Below are positions 9,598-18,632 of a stretch of DNA of 64,000 bases, one piece after another. This DNA is from a plasmid. The stretch lies in the sequence record NZ_CP044066.1, one strand, 5' to 3'. Position 1 is the stretch's first letter. The number at the start of each line of letters is the position of its first letter. Made by a program: the position numbers and the translations under genes. Under the pieces are notes generated by a model. That model ran no database searches. It was not told the DNA's origin and was given only the letters and a program-made list of their open reading frames with translations.

Positions 9598-10824
9598 ATG
9601 ATCACTGTGCGCATAGGCGGCACCGAGTTCCCGCTCGACGACGTGCTAGACGACCCGGGCCGCTATGCCCGCCAGCTCGAGCGGGCGAAGACGGTCCAGG
9701 GCTTTGCCGAGTGCGGCTGCACCACCGCCCGTCCCCGCCCCAAACTGGTCATCCGGCGCCACCGCGAGATTTTTCTGCTCGCGCGCTGGCCGGAACAGGC
9801 GCACCATCACGGCGTGGCCTGTCCCTTCCACCGGCAGGCGCACGCCAGCGGCGGCACTGCGGACAGTCTCGATGCGTTTCGCATCCGCGACGGTCATCAC
9901 GACATCCGGCTTGATGCGACCTTGTCCGCATCCACCCATACGCCGACCAAGACCGTGCAACGCACGCCCCATGGGCAAAGCGCGAAGCCGCAGCGCCGTT
10001 CGGCGGGCCTGCTGGCGCTGCTCGAGTACGCATGGGAGCAGGCAGGCCTCAACGTCTGGCCCGGTACCGGCTCGCGCGGCTGGAGCGCCTGCTGGTCACA
10101 ACTGACGACGGAACTCGCCGACTGCCGCATTAACGGCAAGGCGGCAGCGGACCTGCTGCACGTGATGGAGCGCTGGGACCCGGCACGCAAGGCGGAAATC
10201 CTCGGTGCCTTTGAGGCGTGGCAGGCCCGCCTTGCCCCGACAGCGGTCGGCAAGCCTCGGGGCATCCTGATTGGCGAGCTCAAGTCTCATGGCGAGAGCA
10301 AGTATGGCGGCAAGCTGGTGCTACACCAGAACACCCAGGCGCACTTCATGTCGGCGGAGCTCTACGCACGCCTGCAAGCCTCGTTTGGTAGTGCCCTCGC
10401 TGCGACCGAGAAGGCAGAACAGCGGTGCATCGTCGTGATGCTGGTCGAGAAATCGCGATCGAACTACCTGACCGTGGTCGATATCGCCGCGATGCTGGCC
10501 AGCCGCCAGTTTCTGCCCTGCGATTCTTCGCACGAGGTGACCATGGCCGATCATCTCGTCAGCCGCGGGCGCGCCTTCCGCAAGCCCCTGCGCCACATCG
10601 GCCGCGCGGCCGTGCACCCGGACTTTGTGCTCACCGATGTCAACCCGGAGGTCGTCATCGAAGTGCTGGGTATGACGGGCAGCCCCGAGTACGACGCACG
10701 AATGGCGGCCAAGCGCCAGCACTACCGCGAGCACGGTATCCCATGCATCGAGTGGGATGCTGTGAATACCGCGATCAACGGCCTCGAACTTGGCGTGGGC
10801 GGCAGGACACCGAATGCAGGCTGA
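9598..10824 (+). CDS. DUF1173-like protein: N-terminal Cys/His cluster plus C-terminal restriction-endonuclease-like (PD-D/ExK-like) domain
   Basis: An AGGAGA RBS lies 7 nt upstream. The N-terminus has CGC...H.H...C..H, and the C-terminus has HPDFVLTDVNPEVVIEVLG...IPCIEWD. It is translationally coupled to the helicase upstream and the wHTH gene downstream. Confidence 0.55.
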   Translation: MITVRIGGTEFPLDDVLDDPGRYARQLERAKTVQGFAECGCTTARPRPKLVIRRHREIFLLARWPEQAHHHGVACPFHRQAHASGGTADSLDAFRIRDGHHDIRLDATLSASTHTPTKTVQRTPHGQSAKPQRRSAGLLALLEYAWEQAGLNVWPGTGSRGWSACWSQLTTELADCRINGKAAADLLHVMERWDPARKAEILGAFEAWQARLAPTAVGKPRGILIGELKSHGESKYGGKLVLHQNTQAHFMSAELYARLQASFGSALAATEKAEQRCIVVMLVEKSRSNYLTVVDIAAMLASRQFLPCDSSHEVTMADHLVSRGRAFRKPLRHIGRAAVHPDFVLTDVNPEVVIEVLGMTGSPEYDARMAAKRQHYREHGIPCIEWDAVNTAINGLELGVGGRTPNAG

Positions 10825-11143
10825 TGTGTTGTTCCAGAAAGCACTCGAGCTCGTCCACCAGCATCGCGCGGCCTCTGCGGCGCTGCTGCACCGGCACCTT
10901 GGCATTGACCCTGCGTCGGCCGAGATGCTGCTCGAGCGCATGGCGAGCGAAACAACCGCCGTCCGCCGTATGCCCAATGGCCTGTACCTCTACATCCACG
11001 GAGCGATTGGCGAAGAACTGGCCGCGCTGCACGGCTTCGCGCAGGTTGTACTGAAGGCGCTTGCGCAGGACAGGGTCGATGCTGGCCAGCTACGAGCGGC
11101 GGCCGTTCACTTTGGGCTGGCGAAGACGCTCACGAGCCCGTAG
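10814..11143 (+). CDS. FtsK gamma-domain-like winged-helix DNA-binding protein
   Basis: The stretch LFQKALELVHQHRAASAALLHRHLGIDPASAEMLLERMASE resembles the FtsK gamma wHTH. Its start overlaps the upstream stop. Confidence 0.5.
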   Translation: MQADVLFQKALELVHQHRAASAALLHRHLGIDPASAEMLLERMASETTAVRRMPNGLYLYIHGAIGEELAALHGFAQVVLKALAQDRVDAGQLRAAAVHFGLAKTLTSP

Positions 11144-11150
11144 ACACGAG

Positions 11151-11183
11151 GACGACTTGACATTGTTGCCCTGTCGATAGGCT
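11151..11183 (+). promoter_or_regulatory. Conserved element promoter box, copy 1 (GACGACTTGACATTG-N11-TAGGCT)
   Basis: TTGACA sits at 11157..11162 and TAGGCT at 11178..11183, with 15-nt spacing identical to the other four copies. It precedes the 11211 operon. Confidence 0.5.
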
Positions 11184-11210
11184 GAGAAGGTCCAACACTT
11201 CTCCGTCGCC

Positions 11211-12362
11211 ATGCACCTGCCCCCTCCTCCGTTGCTCCCGCCGCGCTCCGCGCCGGCCCCTAACGTCCAGCATGCCCTCGATCGCATGGACGCGCTGATC
11301 GACCCGGCATGCGGTCTGCTGACCAACCCCGCAAACTCCGCAACCGCGCAGGCCAGCCGCCGCGACATGGCACTCATTCGTGCTGCATGCACGTCCGCCG
11401 CCCTTCCACCGCCCGGGCCCTCTCCAGTCTCCGGACACTGGCGAAGTGGCAATGGCGTGATCTCATGCGGAACGCTGCGCATCTTCAGCGAGAACTTCGA
11501 CACGAACCCAGCCGACCACATCAAGGCCGGCATCGTGCAATGGGTCTGCAACACGCTGAATGCCGCGCAACCGTCGCGCGCGCTCGCCGTGCAGCGGGAC
11601 TGCGGGCCGGAATCCATCTATTCCCCGCCCCTCCATCTCGTGAACCACCTGGCCGCGCTGATCGCCGCGGATCTGCTGGGGCAGGCAACGGACGATGACC
11701 GGCTGCTGGTATCTATCCGTCTGGTCGAACTGCTCGTGCGCGCGAACACGCACCCGCGCTGTCCGCCGCCGCCGGACGAGGCCCGAGGCGGCCGAGCGCG
11801 AGCACCTAGGCTGCGCGAACTGCGGCACCGGCATTTACCACGCGCTCACAAATCCGCCCGCCACGAGCTAACGATGCCCAAGGACGATCGCTACTTTGGC
11901 AAGACCATCGACGAGCACTACGACGCCGGTAGCTGCTGGTTGTGCGGAAAATCCGTCGAGTACTCCCTGGGCTATCACACGCCTACGGGTGCGCACTGGG
12001 ATTGTGTATCCGCGCTTCGAAGTCAGTTGGAGGATCTCGCCACCGACCGCCGGACAGTTCCGTATCTGGCCCGCGCCAACGGCGGCCACTACATCCACAC
12101 CGTCGATCCCAGGACTGCCAGGTCGCTATGCGGGCACACCCCCAAGGACACGGCGCGACGCATGCGCTCGCGCGGCCGATGGATCGAAGTCCGAGACGTG
12201 CCGCGCGGCTACCGACGTTGCCCGCACTGCGAGCGCCTGGCCTCGGCCAATGGCGCCGTTGAGTATGAATCGGCCGACGCCACCAGTCGGCATGACGTCA
12301 AGAACACCGAAACCGACCGCGACACCCGCACGCGAGATTTATTCGAGGAAGAATCGCCATGA
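11211..12362 (+). CDS. Hypothetical Cys-rich protein (CWLCG...HWDC...CGH...CPHCE)
   Basis: 383 aa. It is translationally coupled (ATGA overlap) to the Gp37/Gp68 gene. Confidence 0.5.
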   Translation: MHLPPPPLLPPRSAPAPNVQHALDRMDALIDPACGLLTNPANSATAQASRRDMALIRAACTSAALPPPGPSPVSGHWRSGNGVISCGTLRIFSENFDTNPADHIKAGIVQWVCNTLNAAQPSRALAVQRDCGPESIYSPPLHLVNHLAALIAADLLGQATDDDRLLVSIRLVELLVRANTHPRCPPPPDEARGGRARAPRLRELRHRHLPRAHKSARHELTMPKDDRYFGKTIDEHYDAGSCWLCGKSVEYSLGYHTPTGAHWDCVSALRSQLEDLATDRRTVPYLARANGGHYIHTVDPRTARSLCGHTPKDTARRMRSRGRWIEVRDVPRGYRRCPHCERLASANGAVEYESADATSRHDVKNTETDRDTRTRDLFEEESP

Positions 12363-13465
12363 GTGAAAACAGCGCCATCGAGTGGACAGACCACACGTTT
12401 AACGCTTGGGAAAAAGGCTGCCAGAAGGTCGGCCCCGGCTGCGATCACTGCTACGCCGAGACGCACAACGCGCGATTCGCTGGCGGTCACGCCGTGAACT
12501 GGGGACCGGGTGCGCCACGCCGACGCACCTCCCCTTCGAACTGGCGGAAGATGATCCGCTGGAACGCCGCGCACGCAGCCTTCGCCGCAGTGCACGGACG
12601 GCGACAGCGAGTCTTTTGTGCCAGCATGTCGGATGTCTTCGACAACGAAGTGCCGATCGAATGGTTCGTCGACATGCTCGACGTCTGGCGTGTAACGCCG
12701 AATCTCGACAAGCTGGTATTGACGAAGCGAATCGGCAACGCCACGAGGCGGCTGGCGGAAGCCTTCGACGCCCTGATGATGCGCAACGACTGGGCGGACA
12801 ACCCCCTTGTCCCGTGGCTGGCCACGTGGATCGCCGGGAACGCCCCTGCCGATATCTGGTTGGGAGCAACGGTCGTGAACCAGGCCGAAGCTGACCGCGA
12901 CATCCCGAAACTGCTTCGGGTCCCAGCGAAGATCCGCTTCCTCTCCATTGAGCCGCAGCTCGGCCATATCGAGGTGTTCTCGACGCTCACGGGCGAGCTC
13001 CTCCACACATCCGGCAACAAATACGATCCGGGGGCAATCGACTGGATCATCGCCGGCGGCGAAAGCGGTCCGGGTGCGCGATTCACGCATCCGGCCTGGC
13101 CACGCTCGCTGCGCGACCAGTGCGCCGCGGCCCATGTGCCGTTTCTGTTTAAGCAATGGGGACGCTGGCACACTGCATTCGTAGATATCGGCACCGGTAT
13201 ATCCGTGTACCGCGAGTTCACCAGCTTCCAGCAATGGGTGAACAAGGCCGACACGTGGGTGGCAGGCGGCATCTGTATCGACCGGCATGGAAGGCAACTC
13301 GAACGCGGCGAGGATTTTATGCGCGCCCGCGATGAAACCGCCTTCCCGGTCACCGTGCTCCATGACGTTGGCAAGAAGGCCGCAGGGCGGCTCCTTGATG
13401 GCGTGCTGCACGACGCGTTTCCCGTGACGGCTTTGGCCTTCCGACGGGCAACCGAACCGAAGTGA
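12359..13465 (+). CDS. Phage Gp37/Gp68 (DUF5131) family protein
   Basis: The N-terminal signature is IEWTDHTFNAWEKGCQKVGPGCDHCYAE, with DWIIAGGESGPGAR downstream. Confidence 0.75.
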   Translation: MSENSAIEWTDHTFNAWEKGCQKVGPGCDHCYAETHNARFAGGHAVNWGPGAPRRRTSPSNWRKMIRWNAAHAAFAAVHGRRQRVFCASMSDVFDNEVPIEWFVDMLDVWRVTPNLDKLVLTKRIGNATRRLAEAFDALMMRNDWADNPLVPWLATWIAGNAPADIWLGATVVNQAEADRDIPKLLRVPAKIRFLSIEPQLGHIEVFSTLTGELLHTSGNKYDPGAIDWIIAGGESGPGARFTHPAWPRSLRDQCAAAHVPFLFKQWGRWHTAFVDIGTGISVYREFTSFQQWVNKADTWVAGGICIDRHGRQLERGEDFMRARDETAFPVTVLHDVGKKAAGRLLDGVLHDAFPVTALAFRRATEPK

Positions 13466-13467
13466 CA

Positions 13468-13683
13468 ATGGCCCAGTACGACGACAACGAGCGCGAATAC
13501 CCCGAGCCCGAGACGATCCTTGCCATCCGTGGAGCAATCAACACAGGACTACATGGTGGCCCCATGGGCCCGCCCGGACACTGGCTGAACGAATTCTGGC
13601 GAATTGGCGCAGCGCTGCGAGACCATACGGCCATGTTGCATGGTCAATTGGACACGGGACCTAGCGCGGGCGGTGACTGCTGA
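13468..13683 (+). CDS. Small hypothetical protein (71 aa)
   Basis: An ORF immediately follows the Gp37/68 stop. Support is weak. Confidence 0.3.
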   Translation: MAQYDDNEREYPEPETILAIRGAINTGLHGGPMGPPGHWLNEFWRIGAALRDHTAMLHGQLDTGPSAGGDC

Positions 13684-14043
13684 CGTTTAGGTCTTGCTCG
13701 GCGGCCGACGGACCGCTCCCACGGCCGTCGGTAGTTTCGCGTTAGCCGGCGCGGCGCTCGTATTCGTTTCAGGGAATGCTGCGGCGTTCACACCTTACCG
13801 GAGAACACTGTCAGAGCCGTCGGAGGGGTCCCGCGCCGCGTCGGTGCATGGACGGGCGCTGCGGGGTTTCGATTAGCAAGTGCTTCATACACTCCGTAGC
13901 GAGCTGGAGAGGGAGCATTTCTGAGTCAGCCGACAGCATGACTGGATGGAGGTGCTTGGGAAGCCTCGACCCTAACCTGCGGCTGGCCTATTGCTGATGC
14001 TTTTGACGCAGTCCGTGGCGCCATTGCCTCGGCGCAAATGATC

Positions 14044-14089
14044 GTTTCAGTAACGGTCACGATGGGCTATACTTCACCGTTACTGAAAC
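14044..14089 (+). promoter_or_regulatory. Inverted-repeat operator upstream of the toxin-antitoxin operon
   Basis: GTTTCAGTAACGGT-N18-ACCGTTACTGAAAC is a perfect 14-bp inverted repeat, 15 nt upstream of the antitoxin start codon. Confidence 0.6.
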
Positions 14090-14104
14090 AAAAAGGAGCG
14101 AACG

Positions 14105-14317
14105 ATGGCACGAGACGTTGCGTTACGTGTCCGGGAACACCGAGCCGCCAAGATCGCCAAGGGGCTCAAGATGCATCAAATCTGGTTGCCAGATACCACT
14201 GCGCCGGGCTTCGCTGACATGTGCCGACGGGCCGTGGAGGGCCTGAAGAACGCACCTGAGCAGCAGGAAGCCCAAGAGGACATTTACGCTCTCTTTGACA
14301 TGGGCGACGACGAATGA
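14105..14317 (+). CDS. Type II antitoxin (partner of the PemK/MazF toxin)
   Basis: 70 aa with an AAGGAG RBS, an acidic C-terminus and an ATGA overlap with the toxin gene. Confidence 0.7.
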   Translation: MARDVALRVREHRAAKIAKGLKMHQIWLPDTTAPGFADMCRRAVEGLKNAPEQQEAQEDIYALFDMGDDE

Positions 14318-14640
14318 AGCGTGGCGATATTGTGACGGTGGCAGCTAAGGGCAGATTCACAAGTAAGCCGCGCCCGGCCGTTATCGTCTCGTCTGACTTC
14401 TTCGAAGGGCATAGCTCTGTGGCGGTCGTACTCCTGACCGGCGAAGTGAGGGACATCCCGATGCTCCGCTGGACAGTTGAACCGAGCGCACAGAATGGAC
14501 TGAAAAAGGCATCGCAGGTCCAGATTGACAAGATCACCGCAGTCGCAGTCGAAGACGTGGGCGAGCCGATCGGGCAACTGAGCACCGAAGACATGACAGA
14601 GATTACCCGCTACCTTGCGACGTACCTAGGCGTTAAGTAA
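14314..14640 (+). CDS. PemK/MazF-family endoribonuclease toxin
   Basis: MKRGDIVTVAAKGRFTSKPRPAVIVSSDFF...QIDKITAVA matches the typical PemK/MazF fold signature. Confidence 0.85.
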   Translation: MKRGDIVTVAAKGRFTSKPRPAVIVSSDFFEGHSSVAVVLLTGEVRDIPMLRWTVEPSAQNGLKKASQVQIDKITAVAVEDVGEPIGQLSTEDMTEITRYLATYLGVK

Positions 14641-15009
14641 CGCAGCACAATGGCAAGGCCGGGACCTAGCCTCGGCGCATCCCATGTGGGGCAGCTATGG
14701 CTCAGACGCTTTTTGGCATTCGCGGGCCGCGTCTCTTCCTGAAGACGACGAGGAAGAGGCAAGTCTTCTTCCGGCCTACATGCAATAGCAACGGAACGGC
14801 GCGCGTGTGATTGCGTTAGCGAAGCTGACGTTGGGGGGAGCAGGACGCAGGGACGCTGCTCGCATTCGGGACGTGGCCCGCATCAAGGCCGTGAGTCTTC
14901 CCAACTCAGGAGTCGTGTAGGCCGCTGATCGAACAGGACAGCCTCAAACGCCTGATATGGAAGCGTCTCGGGCAGGCATAATCCCGGCTTTCAGCACCGG
15001 ATTTGTGCC

Positions 15010-15603
15010 ATGCCCAGCGGCCTCCTCCAATGCGCCCACTGCGACGGCGCCCCACTCTTCATCGCCGGCCGCCTGCAGGCCCTGATCGTCTGCGAAGAAT
15101 GTGGGATCTCTACCCCACCCATTGACATGGACGGGCAGAACCGCGACGCCGCGTTCACTCAACTCAGCGCCATCTGGAACAACCGTGTCGAGCACCGCCC
15201 CGCCGACGCGACCGCCATCTCCATGACCGCGCGTCGCGCGTTGACGGCCTCCGACATCCCGTACTTCCTGAATCTTGTTGCCTTGACGGCGGCCGGCGAT
15301 TGGGCAACGAATGGCCCGCGGCTGTCGGCCATGGCCGCAGCACTCGCGCAGCCAGGATACGAGTTTAAGCATGTCGATCCGCCCGAGACCGTCATCTCGC
15401 AGGCCGTGCGTTACCAGAAGCTGCTCAAGCGCGCCAAGATCATTTATGTGGACGGTGCCCCGATGGTTCGCTTCGAGCCGGTGCCCGCGCTTTGCGCCGA
15501 GATCGCCGAGGAAGCGCTGGCCGACAGGGATTGGCCGCTGCTGGATCTTCACGAGTACATTGGCAAGGCCATCGACGGCGTGCCAGACCACTGGCAGCCT
15601 TGA
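15010..15603 (+). CDS. Hypothetical protein with an N-terminal CxxC...CxxC zinc ribbon (Lar-like restriction-alleviation-type N-terminus)
   Basis: The N-terminal sequence is LQCAHCDGAPLFIAG...CEECGIS, in a protein of 197 aa. Confidence 0.4.
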   Translation: MPSGLLQCAHCDGAPLFIAGRLQALIVCEECGISTPPIDMDGQNRDAAFTQLSAIWNNRVEHRPADATAISMTARRALTASDIPYFLNLVALTAAGDWATNGPRLSAMAAALAQPGYEFKHVDPPETVISQAVRYQKLLKRAKIIYVDGAPMVRFEPVPALCAEIAEEALADRDWPLLDLHEYIGKAIDGVPDHWQP

Positions 15604-15626
15604 CATTGCCACGCCGCGGGTAGGCT
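15594..15626 (+). promoter_or_regulatory. Conserved element promoter box, copy 2
   Basis: CAGCCTTGACATTGCC-N-TAGGCT, with TTGACA at 15600..15605 and TAGGCT at 15621..15626. It precedes the nuclease gene. Confidence 0.5.
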
Positions 15627-15655
15627 AGGTTTAACTCTGGCCATCAATTTCCCCA

Positions 15656-16549
15656 ATGTTCCGCCGACCGCTTCTCATCTTCGCCCTCGCCCTGACCGCA
15701 GCAAATGCCAGTGGCAAGGAGTCCGCATCCTGTGCGCATGTACTGGAATCTGGCCAGCCTGCCGTTCATCGTTCGGCGGCTGAATCGCAACTGCTCTGCT
15801 ACCGTGCCTTCGCGGTGCTCTACTCAGGCCAGACCCGGACCGCCCTATGGTCGGCCGAGCGGCTGACCGGGGCAGCGGCCGATGCGGCCCGCTCGTTGCC
15901 GCGCGATAGCGACTTCTACGAGGAGGCCCGCGTGCCTCCGGCCGATCGCGCGAAGCTGAAGGATTACGCCCGATCTGGAATGGACCGCGGCCACCTCGCT
16001 CCAAGCGGGGACTTCCCCGACAAGGCTTCGCAGGCCGAGAGCTTCAGCCTCGCCAACGTCGTACCGCAGGACAGAGATTCGAATCGCCGCACGTGGAGCC
16101 ACATCGAAACGTCCACGCGGCGACTAGCGCGGCAATATGGCGTGATCCATGTCGTGACCGGCCCAGCGTTTACGCGGGACAGCCCGACGCTCAACGGTCG
16201 CATTCGGATCCCGGCGTTCCTCTGGAAGGCGATCTATGTGCCAGGCCTCGGCGCGGCCGCGTATGTTGTTCGCAACGACGCGACGCCGGCGTACAGCGTC
16301 ACCAGCATCGAAGAGCTTGCGCAGTTCAGCGGCATCGATCCGTTTCCTGCGCTCGCCCGAAGCCAGCGCGCCGCCGCCATCGACCTCCCCCCGCCGGCGC
16401 CCCATCCGGGCGAAAGGGCCGCCCGGCGCGTTCCATTCGCGGCGCTTGTCTCCAGTGGCACCACGGATGTGGGCAGCAACATATCATTGGATGCGCTAGC
16501 TGCGCGCGCTGGCGCACTTGCCGGCCGCGTTACCGCTTACCTGAAGTAG
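15656..16549 (+). CDS. Secreted DNA/RNA non-specific endonuclease (EndA/NucM/Serratia-nuclease family)
   Basis: Signal peptide MFRRPLLIFALALTAANA; active-site motif DRGHLAP; the NVVPQ motif is also present. Confidence 0.8.
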   Translation: MFRRPLLIFALALTAANASGKESASCAHVLESGQPAVHRSAAESQLLCYRAFAVLYSGQTRTALWSAERLTGAAADAARSLPRDSDFYEEARVPPADRAKLKDYARSGMDRGHLAPSGDFPDKASQAESFSLANVVPQDRDSNRRTWSHIETSTRRLARQYGVIHVVTGPAFTRDSPTLNGRIRIPAFLWKAIYVPGLGAAAYVVRNDATPAYSVTSIEELAQFSGIDPFPALARSQRAAAIDLPPPAPHPGERAARRVPFAALVSSGTTDVGSNISLDALAARAGALAGRVTAYLK

Positions 16550-16590
16550 TGGGTCCGATCGCGAAGAAAAACGTTCCTTTCGAACAATGC

Positions 16591-16621
16591 AAAAGAGGCG
16601 TCCGAAGACGCCTCTTTTGTG
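16591..16621. terminator. Bidirectional rho-independent terminator
   Basis: The stem AGAGGCGTC/GACGCCTCT has a 4-nt CGAA loop and is flanked by an A-run and a T-run. It sits between the nuclease gene and the convergent 16639..17565 gene. Confidence 0.65.
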
Positions 16622-16638
16622 TTCCAAGCGCGGCGCCG

Positions 16639-17565
16639 TTATCGCAGCAGCCAGAATGCCAGTAGCCCGTAATAGAACGAGAGCGGTATGCCCGCGCCGA
16701 GAAGCGATGCCGCAACGAACCGCAGCCGGGAAGGTCGCGGTGCATGGGCCAACGCTCGCGCACGCTCCCTGACCGTCGGCACCATGCTGCGAACTGGAGC
16801 ACTCGAGACCGCGTCGATATCGCAGCCCGCGAGCCACTCCATGTCAGAGTTATGGATCTCCCCAACGAAGAGCGATATTTCCTTCGCGCCCAGACGACGC
16901 GCTCGCTCCGTCGCAAACTCGAGCATGAACACGCTTCGCAACGGAATGTTGAGCTCAGGCTCGATCATCGCCAGCCATGCCCAATCCGGATCAGGGAACA
17001 CCGGTCCACGCAAAGACCCAAGGCCCAGGCGCCGCCAGCAATTCTCTACGAGATATTCGTGCGGGCCGGGGAACCCAGCAAGCCTGCGGCGCTCGCCAGG
17101 CGCGATTTGGTGGAATGCGGCAGAGCCGCCAATGTCCTGCAGGCGCCGGGGGCCATCGCGCCCAAATCGATCGCGCCCGGTTCGTCGCTCACGCCAGCTG
17201 CTATACGCAACGCGAAACAATCTGGCGGGCGTCAACGCAGCTTTGAACTGCATGCGAAACGCATCCCGCAGCGGTATCTCGGTCCAATCGTCCATCTCGA
17301 CCTGAATTCCGCGGTAGAGCTTGGAAAACTTCGTCTCACCGAATACCAGCTCCCCGGGGGCGCTCTGAATCGCTCGCTCGACCAGCGCCTTGTACTGGCG
17401 ATTCGTGCCACCCGTCAGCCCGTGGAGCACCCCGAAGACATGGCATCGCACATCCGCGTAGTCGAAAGTCAGGCCGTCGATGCGCTGAGCGATATCCTCT
17501 TCGCCGGCGAGAACGTCCGAGACGGAAAGATAGGCTGGCGCGCAGGCAGCGGCGGCATCAGCCAC
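16639..17565 (-). CDS. TraB/GumN (Tiki-like) family protein with a C-terminal membrane anchor (tentative)
   Basis: HVFGVLHGLTGG...ELVFGE resembles the GTxH...E N-terminal signature of TraB/GumN, and the C-terminus is hydrophobic. Confidence 0.4.
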   Translation of the reverse strand: MADAAAACAPAYLSVSDVLAGEEDIAQRIDGLTFDYADVRCHVFGVLHGLTGGTNRQYKALVERAIQSAPGELVFGETKFSKLYRGIQVEMDDWTEIPLRDAFRMQFKAALTPARLFRVAYSSWRERRTGRDRFGRDGPRRLQDIGGSAAFHQIAPGERRRLAGFPGPHEYLVENCWRRLGLGSLRGPVFPDPDWAWLAMIEPELNIPLRSVFMLEFATERARRLGAKEISLFVGEIHNSDMEWLAGCDIDAVSSAPVRSMVPTVRERARALAHAPRPSRLRFVAASLLGAGIPLSFYYGLLAFWLLR

Positions 17566-17848
17566 GACCGCCTCCGTTTACAGCCTCCCTGAATTTCTGC
17601 CCAGCCTTGAATCTGACCGTCTTTGCAGCCGCAATTGCGATTTCCTCTCCCGTGCGCGGATTGCGCGCCATGCGGGCAACACGGGCCCCGGGATTGAAGG
17701 AGCCGAAGCCGACCAGCGACAGCGTCGCGCCGCTGGCAACCGCGTCGATGATCGCATTCAGCGTAGCGTTGAGAACCTGCTCGGCCTTGGCCTTCGACAC
17801 GCCATCGACGCCCGCCGCGATCACGTCGATCAATTCCGCTTTGTTCAC
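17558..17848 (-). CDS. hupB: HU-family nucleoid DNA-binding protein
   Basis: MNKAELIDVIAAGVDGVSKAKAEQVLNATLNAIIDAVASGATLSLVGFGSF...RNPRTGEEI is unmistakably HU/IHF-like, at 96 aa. Confidence 0.9.
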   Translation of the reverse strand: MNKAELIDVIAAGVDGVSKAKAEQVLNATLNAIIDAVASGATLSLVGFGSFNPGARVARMARNPRTGEEIAIAAAKTVRFKAGQKFREAVNGGGRG

Positions 17849-17938
17849 TTTAATTCTCCGCTAGGTTGGTGAACGGTCATTCAACCATGCGGGTCCTGCG
17901 GGCGACCGCCAAAACCAGTGCCATTTCCTCGACGTTTC

Positions 17939-18520
17939 TCAGTCTGGTCTGTCTTCCTCTAACCGCTGGCGAAACGGGACTTCGAGGAAGGACTTCAGCC
18001 CAAGCAGATATGCACTGCCTTGGCAGCATTCGCCAAGACTCTCTACGTCGGCTCGGACAAGCGCGGCGGCTAGCGACCTCCCGAGGCGCCTGCCCTGATC
18101 GCGACTTGGCAGCTTCAGCTCAGCAGAGACGCGGAAGATGCAGCCCGCCTCGTGTAGCTTGCTGGGTTCCTGCAGCCAACCGGCCCGCGTGAGCATCCGC
18201 TCCGCCAGCCTCGCGAAGTGCATCGCCACGAGATCACTCAAGTAAGTGCCGATGGCAGGATCGCGCTCCCACATCTCCCCCAGCGCCAGATAGGGATTCT
18301 CCGCAAGCCGGCCCTCGATGCCGATCTCGCGCTTGTCCGCGACATCGTAGGTATAGAGAAGGATCGTACCCCACGCGCTTCTCAACCCGCGCCTCTTCGC
18401 CACGCCTCCCCCCTGGCGGGACACCACTTGCCAGGGCCAGTCTGCAGTGGCCTCGGGCGTCAAGCCCTTCTCGAGCACGCGGGATATATCGCCGTCCGAG
18501 TACAACTTGTCTACATACAT
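17939..18520 (-). CDS. Hypothetical protein
   Basis: 193 aa from MYVDKLYSDGDISRV. Repeat element (a) lies 70 to 100 nt upstream of the start. Confidence 0.4.
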   Translation of the reverse strand: MYVDKLYSDGDISRVLEKGLTPEATADWPWQVVSRQGGGVAKRRGLRSAWGTILLYTYDVADKREIGIEGRLAENPYLALGEMWERDPAIGTYLSDLVAMHFARLAERMLTRAGWLQEPSKLHEAGCIFRVSAELKLPSRDQGRRLGRSLAAALVRADVESLGECCQGSAYLLGLKSFLEVPFRQRLEEDRPD

Positions 18521-18569
18521 TGCAAGCTTTCGTGGATCCGGGCCGCCAAAGCCGAGAGACACGCTATGT

Positions 18570-18622
18570 TTATGTCGCGTTACCAAGGAAATAGGTCGAG
18601 CATGCTCGAACTTTCCGGCGCA
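18570..18622. repeat. Repeated regulatory element, copy a (contains the perfect palindrome TCGAGCATGCTCGA at 18596..18609)
   Basis: TTTATGTCGCGTTACCAAGGAAATAGGTCGAGCATGCTCGAACTTTCCGGC is near-identical to copy c (46880..46940). Confidence 0.7.
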
Positions 18623-18632
18623 ACCATCTATC

